Under the pieces are notes generated by a model. The model ran no database searches, had not been told where the DNA came from, and saw only the letters and a program-made list of their open reading frames with translations. A stretch of DNA of 63,019 bases, the filler included, from Raillietiella orientalis (taxonomy: Eukaryota): assembly GCA_036172245.1 (NCBI GenBank). It is 14 parts of 14 records of this genome, joined end to end, with 100 filler letters (N's around TTAATTAATTAA, not from the genome) between each part and the next. Parts side by side here need not be neighbours in the genome. Positions count along the whole stretch, not along the records: positions 36,679 to 41,006 come from JAYWIR010000346.1; positions 41,107 to 45,432 come from JAYWIR010000347.1; positions 45,533 to 49,852 come from JAYWIR010000348.1; 11 more parts are not named here. One strand, 5' to 3'. The first letter of the stretch is position 1; every line of letters starts with the position of its first letter. Positions 36,679 to 49,952 of this stretch are shown here, piece by piece. A program made the translations under genes and the position numbers.

Positions 36679-38165
36679 CTTTAGCACCTACTTTGAGTTG
36701 GTGCTGAGAGCGTACAGGGTGACTTTGGCCCCCTTGCCGAGCTCGTGCCCCGGCACGCCAGCCGTAGCAGCGTACGCCGACGATCTTCTGCTCTTGTTGA
36801 CAATGTCCACCCCGGGAAAGGCGATGGGAGACTTCTTCGATCTGCTCAGCCGCGGGACCGGACTGCAGGTTAACAGGGCGAAGTCGTCGGTTTTGCCAAT
36901 AGGTGCGGCGTGGGCAGGGCAGCAGGACTGGGTCCGTTAGGGGATTCCCACGGCGAGGTGCTTCTAGTACCTCGGTGTGCCGTTGGGGGACTACTCCCCT
37001 GCGTAAGCGTTGTCCAGCTGCCTCCAAAAAGTCGAGACGGCGATCGGCCCCGTTCCTGGAAGGCAAGTTTCACTTGCCGGAACGGGCCGCGGTTTGGAAC
37101 GCTTTCGTGGCCCCCATCCTCCGCCCCTTGCTTTTCGTTTGGCCCCCCACCGTGGAATCCAAGAAGAGGACGAAGGATTTCCTCCGTATCGCCATTTGGG
37201 GCAAGGGGAGTCCCCGAGTCCCACTGAAGGACTTCTGCGCTCCGCGTCGGGACGGCGGTCTTGGCCTCCTGACGCTGGAGCGCGTGGAGAAGCAGCTGCG
37301 GTGGCGAGCCCTCGCCATCGCAGCGAAGATGTGTTTCACCCCTTAGTGCACTCCGGCCCGCCTCCTGGCCAGCCGTGTGTCTCGGTGCGATGGACTCGCG
37401 TCTTTTCTTCTCAGCCGTGGCCGGAAGATGCGAAAATGCGGCCTACTGCTCGGGCGCATGGCAACATTGGCCAAGGAGAACAGCTGGATGGTTTGCTGCC
37501 CCGCTAACTCCCCCGCCTGGCTGGAGGAGAATATTGGAACGTGGGTAGCGGTTAACCAGAGGGGCCACGAAACGTGGATTCGTCTCCGATGCAGCCCCTA
37601 CGCCGGCTGCACGCTGCGGAATCTCCTGGAGAGTCCAGCAAGATGCACGTGGGCAGAGACGACCTGTCGAGCTACGGCGCTGCCCTTCCTGAATAGGGCA
37701 CTTCACAGCAGCCGGACGCCAAGGTGGCAAGTCTCCTGCTGCATCCAGGGACGCGAAAAGTTGATCAGCGGCTGGACAACAGGAGAACTGGCAGACGCCA
37801 CGACCCCGAGCGTCCAGCCGCGAGGACTAAGAAGATGGGGCGAGCTGCTGGCCATTCCTATGGATGTGCTGATGTGGCCCCCGCTTCTTCAGGAATCCAG
37901 GATCCTGCCCCTTAAGTAAAAAGTGTCGGCGTTGCTCCTGTTGCACTGAGGTCTACCCTGCAACGCGCGCCGCTTCCACTGGACGAGGGGAGCTGTGGAT
38001 CCTGCGAGTGCCAGGTGCGGGGAGCGGGAGTCGCTTCCCCACCTGATTGTGGTTTGTGCTGCCCTCCGACCATTTTGGGAACGGTTCGGGACGACCCTCG
38101 GGCTCCCTACGAGCACCACTTCCAGAGACGTTCTTCGGCCCCTCTTCGTGAAGGACGCAGTGCAG
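36679..38165 (+). mobile_element. Decayed ORF2 3' half (C/D-like)
   Basis: YADD, RRDGGLGL and ARCGERESLPHL, with many stops. Truncated before the 3'UTR. Confidence 0.88.
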
Positions 38166-38224
38166 GTGCGAAGGAACACCTTCGCGAACACCTTAGAGGC
38201 ATCACGCTCCGGAATTTCCATTGA

Positions 38225-41006
38225 AACCCGGGTGCGCCGGGACGTTTATTCTCACGAAGAAACATATACAACCTGTGACTGGACCAGTAGTTTAGCCACG
38301 CTCTGGAAAGATATAGCTTGCCGGGCTACCGGTGCACTGACCGGCGCGGTCGACCTAGACAGCAGAGGGGAGGGGGAACGAAACAAAAAGAAAACAAAAA
38401 ATAAAGAAAAATCAGGGAGGGAGCGGGAAGGGATCAGAGTCTGCTGGGAGGGTCCGTCATCCTCTGGAGGATGCCGACAAGCTGTTTCTGCTTGTGTGGT
38501 GCCAGATGGGGCCATCGCGTTGCCATGTTGAAGAAACGGGCGGCATACACGTTGGCATCCCTGTCGCTGGATCCTCCCGTCGCTTTGCTCCATGCCACGA
38601 CGATCCCGCGTAGGCAGCACAGGGCTGCAAGCGAGGCCGCTGGAGGCAGGGCGTCACGGACGAAGAGGGGGCGCAAAGCGTCTCTGGGGTTGCGTCCGGG
38701 GATCCCCAGGGCTGCGGCAAAGCGTTCCCACAAGGGACGGAGGGCAAAAAAATCCACTAACAGGTGGGGGAGGTATTCCCTCTTCCCGGACCTGACACAA
38801 TTAGGGTTGACACCCCCCCGCGTCCAGTGGTGTCGGCGGGCGTTGCAAGGAAGCCCCCAATGCAACACCAGCAGTGCCGAATGTTGCCACTTCATGGCGA
38901 GGGTGCGCAAGTCCATGAGCACCGGGGGCCACTCGAGATGTTCCTCTGGAACATCCAGTAGCTCTTCCCAGCGCAAGAGTCCATTTGCGGTGGTCCTCGG
39001 GGTCGCAGCGTTGGTGAGCTGACGCGTTCTGCAATTCTTGATCTTCTTTGCCCTGCTGAAGATCTTGGCAGTAACCTCCCATTGTGCCCCGACGTCGCTG
39101 CCCAGATGTTCCCGTAAGGTAGGTAGTACCGCAGCAAGGGAGGTTCTGTGTGCCCACGCTCTCCTTCAGGGATTCTCGATGCTTTCTCGGAGCGTGAGGC
39201 GGGCATGCGGCCCGAACAGAGCTATTCGCTCGAGTTGCGGGCTCTGCTCCTGAATCATCGCTTACGTGCGGACGGTTTCCTGCAACCAGTTAGGAACGTT
39301 CGCATGGCGTACGAGGATGCGCGCCGAGTTGTTCTTCACGAGTTTGGCCGCCCTCCGAAGTTGAAGTCCGCAGTGGCAGATGGGGCTTTAGAGTTCAAAG
39401 TAGGACGAGAGTCCCGCATTGCCGGTGGCCCGCTCGACCAGGAGACGTGCAGGGAGACACCAAGGTGTGCACCAATTTTTTGCCATAAAGGCAACAACTC
39501 GGAACTGGAGCTGTAGCTCCAGCCGCTCCAACGTCAGGAGACCCAGACCACCATTCCGACGAGGAGCGCACAAGTCCGAAAGACCGACTCGGGGCCTCCC
39601 TCTGCCCCAAAGGGCGATCCTCAGGAGGTCCTTGGTCCTCTTCCTAGACTCCGCTGAGGGGGGGCAAACAAAAAGCAAGGGGCGAAGGAGGGGGGCCGCA
39701 AACGCGTTCCACGCCGCGGCCCGTTCCTGCAGGTAGAACCTGCCGTCCTGGAACGGGCCGATCGCCGCCTGAGCCTTCTGAAGGCAGCCGGACCACGCTT
39801 CCGCAGGGGAGTAGTCCCCCAACGGCACACCAAGGTACTTGAAGTACCTCACCGTGGGGATCCCCAAACGGACCCAGTCCTGCTGCCCTGCCCACGCCGC
39901 TCCGACTGGCATTACGGACGACTTCGCTCTGTTCACCGTCAGTCCTGTTCCCCGACTCAGCAGGTCGAAGAAGTCCTCGACCGCCGCAGCCGGGGTGGAC
40001 ATAGGCAGCTGCAGCAGAAGGTCGTCCGCGTACGCCGAAACCGCAGGCGTACCGGGACAATCGCACGGCAGGTGCGCCAGAGTCTCCCTGTACGCTCTCA
40101 GCACCAATTCGAAATAGGCGCTGAAGAGCACGGGGCTGAGGCTGTCTCCCTGCCGTATGCTGTGTCGCACCGGTACGCCGTACACGGTGGATCCACTAAC
40201 AAAAACATTAATAAGCGCGTCGCGCCAGCTGGAGCGCAGGTAGGCTAGCAAAGATACCGGGAAGCCCAAGCGTTCCAGAAGCTCCAAAAGGAGATTCTGA
40301 TCGACGCAATCGAATGCTTTATGCAAATCGACTGCGACCGCGAGGGCACATCTCCCCCCCCGACCATCCCGTCTTCCACGGACGGACGCACCGGAATTCC
40401 TGTTGCTTATTATGCTCCTTCCTTGTTGGAGCTCTAACTATGTGGAAGCGTGTAACAGGTTCGCCTCCATACTTCGCCCGCGAACAGCATATGTCTGTTC
40501 CGAGCTGATGAAGATGTTGGCGACCCGTCCCAGGCGCTCTGCCCACAGCGTGGCTAGCAACTTGGCGTCCGCATTCACTATTGTGATGGGACGCCAGTTG
40601 TTCATGCTCCTAAGGTCTCCTCCCTTAGGGAGGAGCCGCACCTTTGCTGAACGAAACGAGGGGGGAACGTCACCTGTTTCCCGGATCAGCAAGGTGAGTT
40701 GCTGTACCAAAAGGATAAGCTCAGCCGCGAAAGTTTGGTAAAACTCCGCGGGCAGGCCGTCCTCCCCTGGATCCTTCCGCCTCTTGAGCTTTCCGATGGC
40801 CGAGAGGATCTCGTCCATCGTGAAAGGCTCGTCAAGGCTTCTTTTCTCCTCCTCCCCGATCGCTGGAGCACCTTCCGGAAGCAGAAGTCGTAAGACGTCT
40901 CGCTCCGGAGGCGCCCTGGCGTACAGGGAGGAGTAAAATTTTCTCACTATCCCGCGTTTCTGAGCGGGAACCGAGTGCTCCCGGCCTTGGTCGTCCAGCA
41001 AGCTGG
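38225..41006 (-). mobile_element. Family F ORF2 (RT + zinc finger) with complete 3' end
   Basis: PGEDGLP, DLHKAFD, QGDSLSP, YADD and terminal hairpin at 38225-38250. Confidence 0.93.
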
Positions 41007-41106
41007 NNNNNNNNNNNNNNNNNNNNNNNNNNNNNNNNNNNNNNNNNNNNTTAATTAATTAANNNNNNNNNNNNNNNNNNNNNNNNNNNNNNNNNNNNNN
41101 NNNNNN

Positions 41107-43242
41107 TCAGGTGAGCCTTCCGCACGTTCCTGTCCGCCAGCCAGTCGCTCTTCAGGGATTCCAGCAGCCTGGTGCGGTCGCTGTATCCCTGTTTACCGCT
41201 GGAGCCGTACACATTCGTGACAATCAGATCGATCGTGTCGGACCAGCTAAGAATCAGCTGACCGACCCAACCGTCGTCATCGAAGCGCACGCCCTTCCCG
41301 GCAGCGTCGATGGCCGGCTTCAAGAAGAACGCGATCCCGCAGGTGTTGCGGAGGCCGCATCGCCAATACAACCGACCCCCCGCGATCGTCTCGATCTCCT
41401 GGGCGTCTGCCGCGGTGATCACGTGGATCTCCTGCAGCAGGGCCAGGTCGAGCTCACGGAGGGTGTCGGCCGTATCTCGCCTGTTACCGTCGTCGCGCAG
41501 CCCGTTGACGTTCCAACAGGCGGCGCGAATCCGACGGCGACTTGCGAGCCCAGGTGGTACTCCTGGGAAGATGGCGATGCGGCGTCCGCCACCTGTTGGG
41601 GCGGGACCATAGGTGGAGGAGGAGGGTCAGGCGCTGCGTGCACCTGGTTCCCATCCTCCATGGGTAACGGCGCGTCGAGCGGGTCACCCTTAGTTGGGGT
41701 CGCGCCTACCTGTTGGCCCTCCTCCATAGGGGCGGGCTGTTGAGGCTTGGCGACTGCAGGGAGGACTTCGCCCCCTGCTCACCCTTCTCCATGGGGGTGG
41801 CCGGCTCGGCGGTTTCCGAGCGTGGGAGTTCCCCCTCCGGGATTCCCACGCTACCACTACCTTCCTGCTTCTTTTCCTCGCTGGTGGATTGGAGGCGCCT
41901 CCTGGGTATCTGGGAATTGCGTCCCGACTTCCTGGGGGGTGCCTCCGAGGAAGAGGATGCACTTTCGGCCTCCAGGTCCAACTCACCTGTGGGGGCCTTT
42001 TTCGCGGGAGCCGGCCTTCGCACGGACTTGCGTGAGGGGTTCTCACGCTCCACCAGCGTGGCCGCGAGCTCCTCCGTCGCCTTTGCGAACGCGGCGTCCT
42101 CGGTGTCGACCGGCGCGTCGCGCGGCTCTCCCTCTGTTTGCACAGAGGGTTCGCCGTCGCGAGCCTCGGAAGCGGTGGAAACGGCGATTGGAGGATCTTC
42201 GCTTCGGGTGGCAACCTCGGGAACGACGATGCGTTCTTGTGCCACCGTGTACTCGCGCAGAGTTTTCGAGCGCGGGCTGGGTTTTTTCGGCTTACCGGCC
42301 GTCTTCCGCTGTTTTTTCTCCGCATGTTGGAGTTTCTTTGGCTTTCTGGCCTCTACAATCTGCCACCCCTCTTCGCCTTCCACCGTTTCGGAAGGTTTAG
42401 CCTCCGGCTTACACGCCGGAGTTTAATTTGTTGGCAGCTTGTGCTGGCCCTTTTCCCGCTTTAGTTCTAGAGACCTTTGGTGCGCGTTTCCTCTGAGCTT
42501 TTTTCGCGGCAGGGGGAACCGGGGTGGGGCGTTTGGGGCACACGCGCCGAACGTGGCCCCGCTCCCCGCACAAATGGCATTGTATATCAAGACACCTTTT
42601 ACGTAGGTGTCTTACGGTATCACAATGCCCGAAATACCGGGGCTTCCCTACATACCGCAGTTCGACGTTTTCTTGTGCCACCTGTAGTTTGTGGGGAAGC
42701 CAACAATTCTCCTTTACGGTGACCCGTGCTGCAGCCTGACCACCAAAAAGGCTATCGAACCCGTCGAAAATGGTGGGTTTCGGCCACAGTGCGTGCACCA
42801 CACCGAACTTAAGTAGTTCCTCACCAAGCGCTGACCGCGTCTTGCGGCTGGTGATGCCGGTCATGTGGACCACCACGGAGCGGTCCATTGACACTAGCAG
42901 GATCTTGCGGCCGTCTACGTTCAGCGGCGCATGGATTAGGCGGTGAGCCAAGGTGACGTCTTTGCAGACCACCTCGACCCGCTGCCCGCCGCTGAGGACG
43001 GAGAGGCCGTCCAGATCCTTCTCCGTGACATTCGCGTCCTTCAACGCTCTGCTGAAAGCGCGCGCTCTTCGGCCATCGAACAAGTTGCCTACCTGGTAGA
43101 CAAGCGATGGCTTGTACCCTGACGCCTTGTATGCGGCCATCTCCGCCATGGCTTCCGCGCTGAGCGCAGCCACCATGGCGCTGCATGTCCTCGGCGTGGC
43201 CGGAGATGATTCCGGGGCAGCTGCCCCTGCTCCAGTAGGCTG
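41107..43242 (-). mobile_element. Family B: ORF1 and endonuclease N-half, 5' end deleted
   Basis: ORF1 homologous to 2849-4561, then CWNVNGL...LLQEIH...TNVYG. Confidence 0.92.
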
Positions 43243-43830
43243 TGAGTGCGAACGACACGAAAGCTGCGTTAACGAAACGTAAGTCGTCCACGGCCACAGC
43301 ACGCTGCAAGCACCTGCTCTCTCCAAGCCGCCACGATTACACGAATGCATCACAGTACTGCTATACACGCAACCGGGGGCAAGGAGGCACGAGAGAACAG
43401 GCGCCTGAAAATGTCCCTGGTATCGCCTCTGCCAATGTCCCCTCTGGATCGTCGTTGGACGATTCCAGAAGGGACGGAGGGCGATGCAGTCCACAAGAAG
43501 GTGAAGAAATGTCTCTTGGTCCCCGCACCGGTCGCAGAGGTCATCCACACTTTCGCGTGTCCTGTGAGTTGGGCGTGCTTTGCACTGGAGTCCACAATGT
43601 AGGACGAGCAACGCAGCCTGCTGCCACTTCATGGGAAAGGGGCCACTGTTCCAGCACATTGGGGGCTACTTCACCTCCTCTGGAGGTAATCCGAGTAGGT
43701 CGCCCCAGCGTAAAAGAGCATTAGGCGGGACACTCGGGGTCGCATCGTCCGAGATGTCCCCGCCTTGATTGGGTGAGTCCTGCCGTCGATGACTCAAAAC
43801 ACTTCCAAGTTTCCCTGTTCTTGGCTATTC
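43243..43830 (-). mobile_element. Decayed ORF2 C-terminus fused to B ORF1 by a deletion
   Basis: MKWQQAALLVLHCGL and CDRCGDQETFLHLLVDC. Confidence 0.75.
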
Positions 43831-43928
43831 CTGGAGTTCACTCGATGCCTCGTCCGTATTTTCTGATATTGTCTCGTGTTATTTCCGAAGACAAGTGTAT
43901 TCTTTCGTGAGACTTAGAATTCTAAAAA

Positions 43929-44570
43929 ATGAAGTCAAAAGTAGGACACCAAAACCTTCAGACTTTCTTTAGTAGAGGCAGAGACAATATTCAAGAGAAA
44001 AGTAGTGATGGTGCCAAAAGTATGCCAAGTACTATTGCCTCAAGTTCAAAAGAAACAAAGAAAAGAAAATACGTTGAAGCTTTGGAATGTGCAATACAAA
44101 CCAAAAAGAGAAAAGGAAACTTTGTTAGGCATTTCAACAAGGACTGTTTAACGCAAGGGTTTCATTGTAGCCCGTGGAAGTGAACTATGGCCACAGTCTT
44201 GGTGTGTAATATGTTCCCAAATCCTGACGCTATGAAGACTTCGAACTCGCTTGTCAATGGCATTCCAAGCATGATGATTTTACTGATAAGCCACTGGAGT
44301 TTTTTCAATGATTGTGTGACCAGAAGAAAAGTCAGAAAACTCAAACGAAAATGATGATGACTAGATGACTGATGACTAGTGACAAGTTGTTGCTTGGAGC
44401 GTCTTATTCAGCTGCTCTTCGATTAGCTAAAACGAGGAAACCGTTTACTATTGGTGAGGAGTTAGAAAAGCCTTGCATCTTAGATGTCGTGCAAGAAATA
44501 TTGGGTCCTCGAGCCACTAAAAAACTGAAGGCTATATCGCTTTCGTACTGATGTGGCCACCGATATTGAA
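43929..44570 (+). mobile_element. hAT (Buster/Charlie, ZBED5/SCAND3-like) transposase N-terminal fragment, decayed
   Basis: Across frames: BED-like AMK...HSKH..DKPLEFF and ASYSAALRLAKTRKPFTIGEELEKPCILDVVQEILG...KKLKAISLS. Confidence 0.8.
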
Positions 44571-45532
44571 AAGTGATGCTGCTGGAGTGAAAGGCGATGT
44601 AATCAGAACAACCTTCAGAAGTCCTTAACATCCTCAAGATCATTGCTCCTTTTTATCTACAAATCATAATTAACTTCGTGAGCTTGTGAGTCTGCATTTC
44701 GCTTTCAAATGGATTTACGTGCTCGTCTACTTTTGTTTTCTAGCGGCGTTCCGGGATCCATAAATATAAATTATGACACGCACACACACCTTTATTGAAT
44801 GTAGGTCCCTCAGCTCTTCACTGTCGTATTTAAATCCTGATGTTATAAAGTCAAATAAATATGACTGATATACTTTGAATGAGAAAAATCACTGTAACTC
44901 CTTTAGAGTGCACTTCCTGAATGAAGGGCATCCGGATGCGGGTTCAGTGTGTAACATATCTGGTGACGAGATGTAAGAGCACAAACGTTCTTCAGGAACA
45001 CAGGTTTGGGATTAATTCTCTGGAAAAAATGCAGCTTGAATCGAGAACTTTCGTAAAAAAGATTCCTGGAAATGTTATTTTCAAAAGTGTCCTCATCTTT
45101 GTGTTGTTGGTACAGCAAGCCCTGTAAAGGCAAAGGCTTACCACATACAATAGCAATTGGTTTTTAGGAATTTATGTTCTTCGGTAATTGATCTGTTGGA
45201 TCATTGCCTCATCCACACAGAAGGGATGAATCTCATGAATTGAATTTCAATGCCCTGGATTTGAGCATTTCTTTATTGATTTGATCGCATCTCATATTAA
45301 TGAGTTTTTCGTTTCGCATTAGAGCACTCATAAAGGAATGCCATTTTTTCTGAATTTTAGTGTTTTGTAGAATTGAGTGCTACTGTATGTGGAGAAGAAA
45401 GTGGAAGTTGTTGCTTGGAATAAATGAATAAGNNNNNNNNNNNNNNNNNNNNNNNNNNNNNNNNNNNNNNNNNNNNTTAATTAATTAANNNNNNNNNNNN
45501 NNNNNNNNNNNNNNNNNNNNNNNNNNNNNNNN

Positions 45533-48469
45533 GGTTTCGGCGGCGGGGCTCGCAACAAACGCGCGTATTTGCACGCACGTCGTCACGAGAGGAACCCCAA
45601 TGTCCTTCGCCTGGTCGAATATCGCGCCGGAGCCGAGCGACAAGCCTGGCAATCCGGGTCAGCCAGCATGCTGGATGACATGGGCCGGGAACGTTCGTCC
45701 CCGTCTGCGGTACGGAATCTCGTGCGGTGTTTTTATTCCTCCCTTTACGTCAAAACACCACCGGAACAAGACGCCTCGCGGCGATTGCTCATGAGTTGTT
45801 CAGTGGCGATAGGGGAGGAGGAGAGAGAAAGCCTCGATGAGCCTTTCGCGACCGGTGAAATTCTCGCCGGTATCAAAAGGCTCAAGAGACGTAAGGTGCC
45901 AGGGGAGGACGGCTTGCCTGCGAAGTTCTTTCAGAGTCTCGCGGAAGAGCTCGCCCCCCTGGTGCTCGAGTTGTCAAGGCAAATCCGGGACGAAGGCGAT
46001 GTTCCCGCCTCGTTTCGGTCAGCCAGGGTGAGGCTCCTCCCGAAGGAAGGAGACCTCAGAAAACTTTGCAGCTGGCGTGCGATCACGATTGTGAACACGG
46101 ACGCCAAGTTGATTGCCGGGCTGTGGGCTTCGCGATTGGGGCAGGTGTCCAATTCCATAATTAGCCCGGAGCAGACTTACGCTGTTCCCCGGCGAAGTAT
46201 GGAGGACAACCACTTATTCGCGAGCACATGGATGCACGCGCAGCGGAGTAATAAAGGGAAAGGGAAAATTTGCAACCCTACTTTGGGGCCGCCAGTAGGA
46301 CAGGGAAGGGACCCTCATGCGGGAAAGGTGGTATTAGGGATCGTAGTCGACCTCCATAAGGTATTCGACTGTGTTGACCAGGAACTCTTCTTGAAGCTCC
46401 TGGGTCGCATGGGCTTCCCACCCTCCTCGATTACCTACGTGCGCTCTTGCTGGCGGAACGCGATAATCTCAATTACTTTCATTGGACAAAAGGTGTATGG
46501 CGTGCCGGTGCGGCCGGGCATAAGGCAGGGCGACAGCCTCAGCCCCCTGCTTTTTAGCACCTACTCTGAGTTGGTGCTGAGAGCGTACAGGGTGACTTTG
46601 GCCCCTTTGCCGAGCTCGTGCCTCGGCACGCCAGCCGTAGCGGCGTATGCCGACGATCTTATGCTCCTCTTACCTATGTCCACCCCGGCTAAGGCGGTCG
46701 GAGATTAATTCGACCTGCTGAGCCGTGGGGCCGGATTACAGGTTAACAGGGCGAAGTCGTCAGTGTTGCCAGTTGGAGCGACGTGGGCAGGGCAGCAGGA
46801 CTGGGTCCGTCTGAGTATCCCCACGGTGAGGTGCATCGAGTACCTCGGTGTGCCGTTGGGGGACTTCTCCCCTGCGGAAGAGTGGTCTAGCTGCCTCCAG
46901 AAAGTCGAGACGGCGATCGGCTGGTTCCTGGAATGCAAGTTTTACTTGCCGTAACTGGCCGCGGTTTGAACGCCTTCGCTGCCCTCATCCTCCAACCCTT
47001 GCTTTTTGTTTGCTTCGCCCCCGTGGAATCTAAAAAGCGGACGAAAGACCTCCTCCGCATAGCTCTTTGGGGCAAGGGGAGTCCCCGAGTCCCTTTAAAG
47101 GACTTGTGGGCTCCGCGTTGGGACGGCGGTCTCAGCATCCTGACGCTGGAGCGCGTGGAAATCCAGCTGCGATGGCGGACCCTCGCCATCGCAGCGAAGA
47201 TGTGGAACACCGCTTGGTGCATTCCGGCCCGCCTCCTTGCCAGGCGTGTGTCCCGGTGCGATGGACTCGCGTCTTTTCTTCTCAGCCGTGGCCGGAAGAT
47301 GCGAAGATGCGTCCTACTGCTCGGGCGCATGGCAACCCTGGCAAAGGAGAACGAGTAGATGGTTTGTAGCCCTGCGAACTCCTCCGCTTGGCTGGAAGAG
47401 ACTGCTGGCACCTGGGCTAAGCAGAACCAAAGGTGCGAAGACCGGATGAACTGCCTGCGAGTCGGCTTATACGCCCGCCGCATTCTCCGTGAAATTCTTG
47501 AATTTCCACCGAGTTGCACGTGGGCAGAAGGCACACTCCTTGTTACGGCGATGCCCTTCCTACAAAGGGCGCTTCACAAAAGCTAGAAGCCACGGTGGCA
47601 AGTCTGCTGCCGTATCGCAGGCAGAGAGAAGATGATGAGCGGCTGGACCATGGGAGAGTTTACAGATGCAACGACCCCTAGTCTCCAGCCGCGTGGATTA
47701 AGAAGATGGGGCGAGCTGCTCGGCATTCGATTGAATGACCTGAAGTGGCCCCCGGTTCTACTTGGATACAGGATTCTCCCCTTGAAGTGGCAAGAATCGG
47801 CGCTTCTGTGGCTGCATTGGGGTCTACTTTGCAACGCGCGCCGCTTCCACTGGACGCGGGGAAGAGTAAATCCTGCGTGTGCCAGGTGTGGGGAGCGGGA
47901 GTCGCTCCCATACCTCTTAGTTGAATGCCCTGCCGTCCGGATTCTTTGGGATCGTCTGAAAACGGCCCTCCGGATACCGGATGGTGGCAATGTTGAATGT
48001 ATCCTCAGTCTTGTCTTCGTGCGGGACGCTCTCAGTCCAGCCGCAGCCCTGGCAGCACTTTGATGCATTCGTGGTATCGTGGCGACCTGGAGTGAAGCCG
48101 AAGATTAAGACTGCATCGTGAGGGACGTCATCGAGTATGCTCCGCGCTTTCTGCAGAGAGCTACCTAATGGCTCCATCTAGGAAAGCTGAAAATGGAACT
48201 AGAAGCCATCCTGCAAAGGATGGGCGCTCCCAGCAGTTTTCTGTGATCCCTTCCCGGCCCTCCAAACTTTTTTTTTTGTGGTTCGTTTTTCTATTTTATT
48301 TTAATTTGGTTTTTTCCCCCATCCCCCTCCACTGCCGAGGAGAGCCACACCGGGCTGCGTCCCGGTGTCTCGGCAGTTCCGGTATTGCGTGGGCGTCAGA
48401 GGCGCCTTGTACCACGTTCTGTATTGACCGTTGAAATGTTTTTAATAAACGTCCCGGGGTATCCGGGTG
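45533..48469 (+). mobile_element. Family D ORF2 (RT + zinc finger) with complete 3' end, decayed
   Basis: DLHKVFD, QGDSLSP, YADD, CARCGERESLPYLLVEC and terminal hairpin at 48444-48469. Confidence 0.93.
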
Positions 48470-49852
48470 GCATCGCCGAAAGCTGGAGGGAGACGGTTCA
48501 GGGGAAACTGGTCGCAGAACTCGCGGACTGAGCTCCTCAAGTCGTCCCAGTCCGCGAGCGACAGCAGATGGAAGCCTTGCAGGAACGAGCGAAGATGTTG
48601 CGCTGCTCCTGCGAGGCGCAACCAGTCCCCTGGCAAACGCCACGCTGTGGAGGGTGGACCTCTACCGCGCTGGTGTATTTCCACCACTAGCCGGGGATGG
48701 TCGGAAAGTTCGGATAACACTGCCCCTCGATTTCCCAGCCGCGAACACAGGTGGTTGTCGAGGAACATGTGGTCGATCCTCGTCTCCGTCCCGGCGTCAC
48801 CGGCAACAAGTTGCACGCGTGCATGGCAGCGCACATCTCGTTTAACAGCTGTGCGCAAATGTCGGGCGCACCTGCCAGCAGGCGGACGTTAAAGTCCCCG
48901 GCAATGAGGTGCGCCTTTCGCATGTCTGCTTCGGCCAGCCAATCTCGCCGCAGGCCTTCGAAGAACGCAGTGCGTTCTCCGCGCCCGTGGCTCGTGCCGG
49001 GCGCGTACACGTTGGTCACGACGAGGTCGATCACGTCCGACCACTTGGCAACTAGATGTCCGATTTGACCTTCCCCGTCGAAGTGCACGTCGCGCAGCGC
49101 ATTAACGACGGCTGGCTTCAGCATGAAAGCCATACCGCGGGTGTTGTCTCTCCTGTTCTCGTATAGGAGCCGCCCGCCTGCGATCCGTTCGATTTCTTGG
49201 GCCTCCCCTGCGTGGAGCACGTGCGTCTCCTGCAGAAGCCGCAGGTCGAAGTCCTGCAGGCTGGCGGCCACTTCTCTCCTCTTGCCGTCGTCGCGCAACC
49301 CGTTGACGTTCCAACAGATTACGCGCAGTCGCCGGCAGGAGGAAAGTACACGCGTTGGTGTGTTTATGGTGTTTGCTCACCGTCCTCCGCCTGCTGTTCG
49401 GCAGGCGGGAGTTGTGTATCCATTGCGACAGGCTGTTGCTCGCAAGGAGGCCGTCGGTCCGTGGTTGAGGTGGTGGTTGGAGGATCCTGGTTGGTCAGGG
49501 ACGTCTCCGGCGACGAGTGACGAGACCTCGCGGACATCGCCTCCCGTCGTCGTGGTCCGACCGCATTTCCTCCTCCGCCGGTGGAGGTGCGGAGCGCCGC
49601 GGGTTGCCTAACTTGCGGCCCGCTTTGCGCTTCGGGAGAGCGACAGCCGGAGCGTTGACGGCTTCGGCTTCGGACTCGGAAGTCTCCGGACCTTTCGCCT
49701 CAGCCGGACGCCTCAAGGCGTTCTTCTGGGCCTTGGGAGGTTGCTGGAGCATGGCTGCCAACTCTTCCGCCGCCTTGTTGAAGTCCCGGTCGTCGCTGCT
49801 AACGCTGGGCTCGCGACTTTGTCGCGGCGTCGGCGTTCGCGCGGCGGCGAGT
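48470..49852 (-). mobile_element. Family H: ORF1 C-terminus and APE endonuclease, interrupted at AFGD by element D
   Basis: CWNVNGL, LLQETH, TNVYAP, AGDFNV, RIDH, SDH, then FPLNRLPPAFGD. Confidence 0.9.
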
Positions 49853-49952
49853 NNNNNNNNNNNNNNNNNNNNNNNNNNNNNNNNNNNNNNNNNNNNTTAA
49901 TTAATTAANNNNNNNNNNNNNNNNNNNNNNNNNNNNNNNNNNNNNNNNNNNN

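Noticed and set aside
38225..43242. Apparent single full-length element spanning the gap at 41007-41106
   Set aside because: Contigs are ordered by size, so adjacency across the linker is not evidence of linkage.
42409..43659. 416-aa zinc finger-ORF1 fusion protein
   Set aside because: Chance in-frame deletion join of two decayed elements, with mutated knuckle residues.
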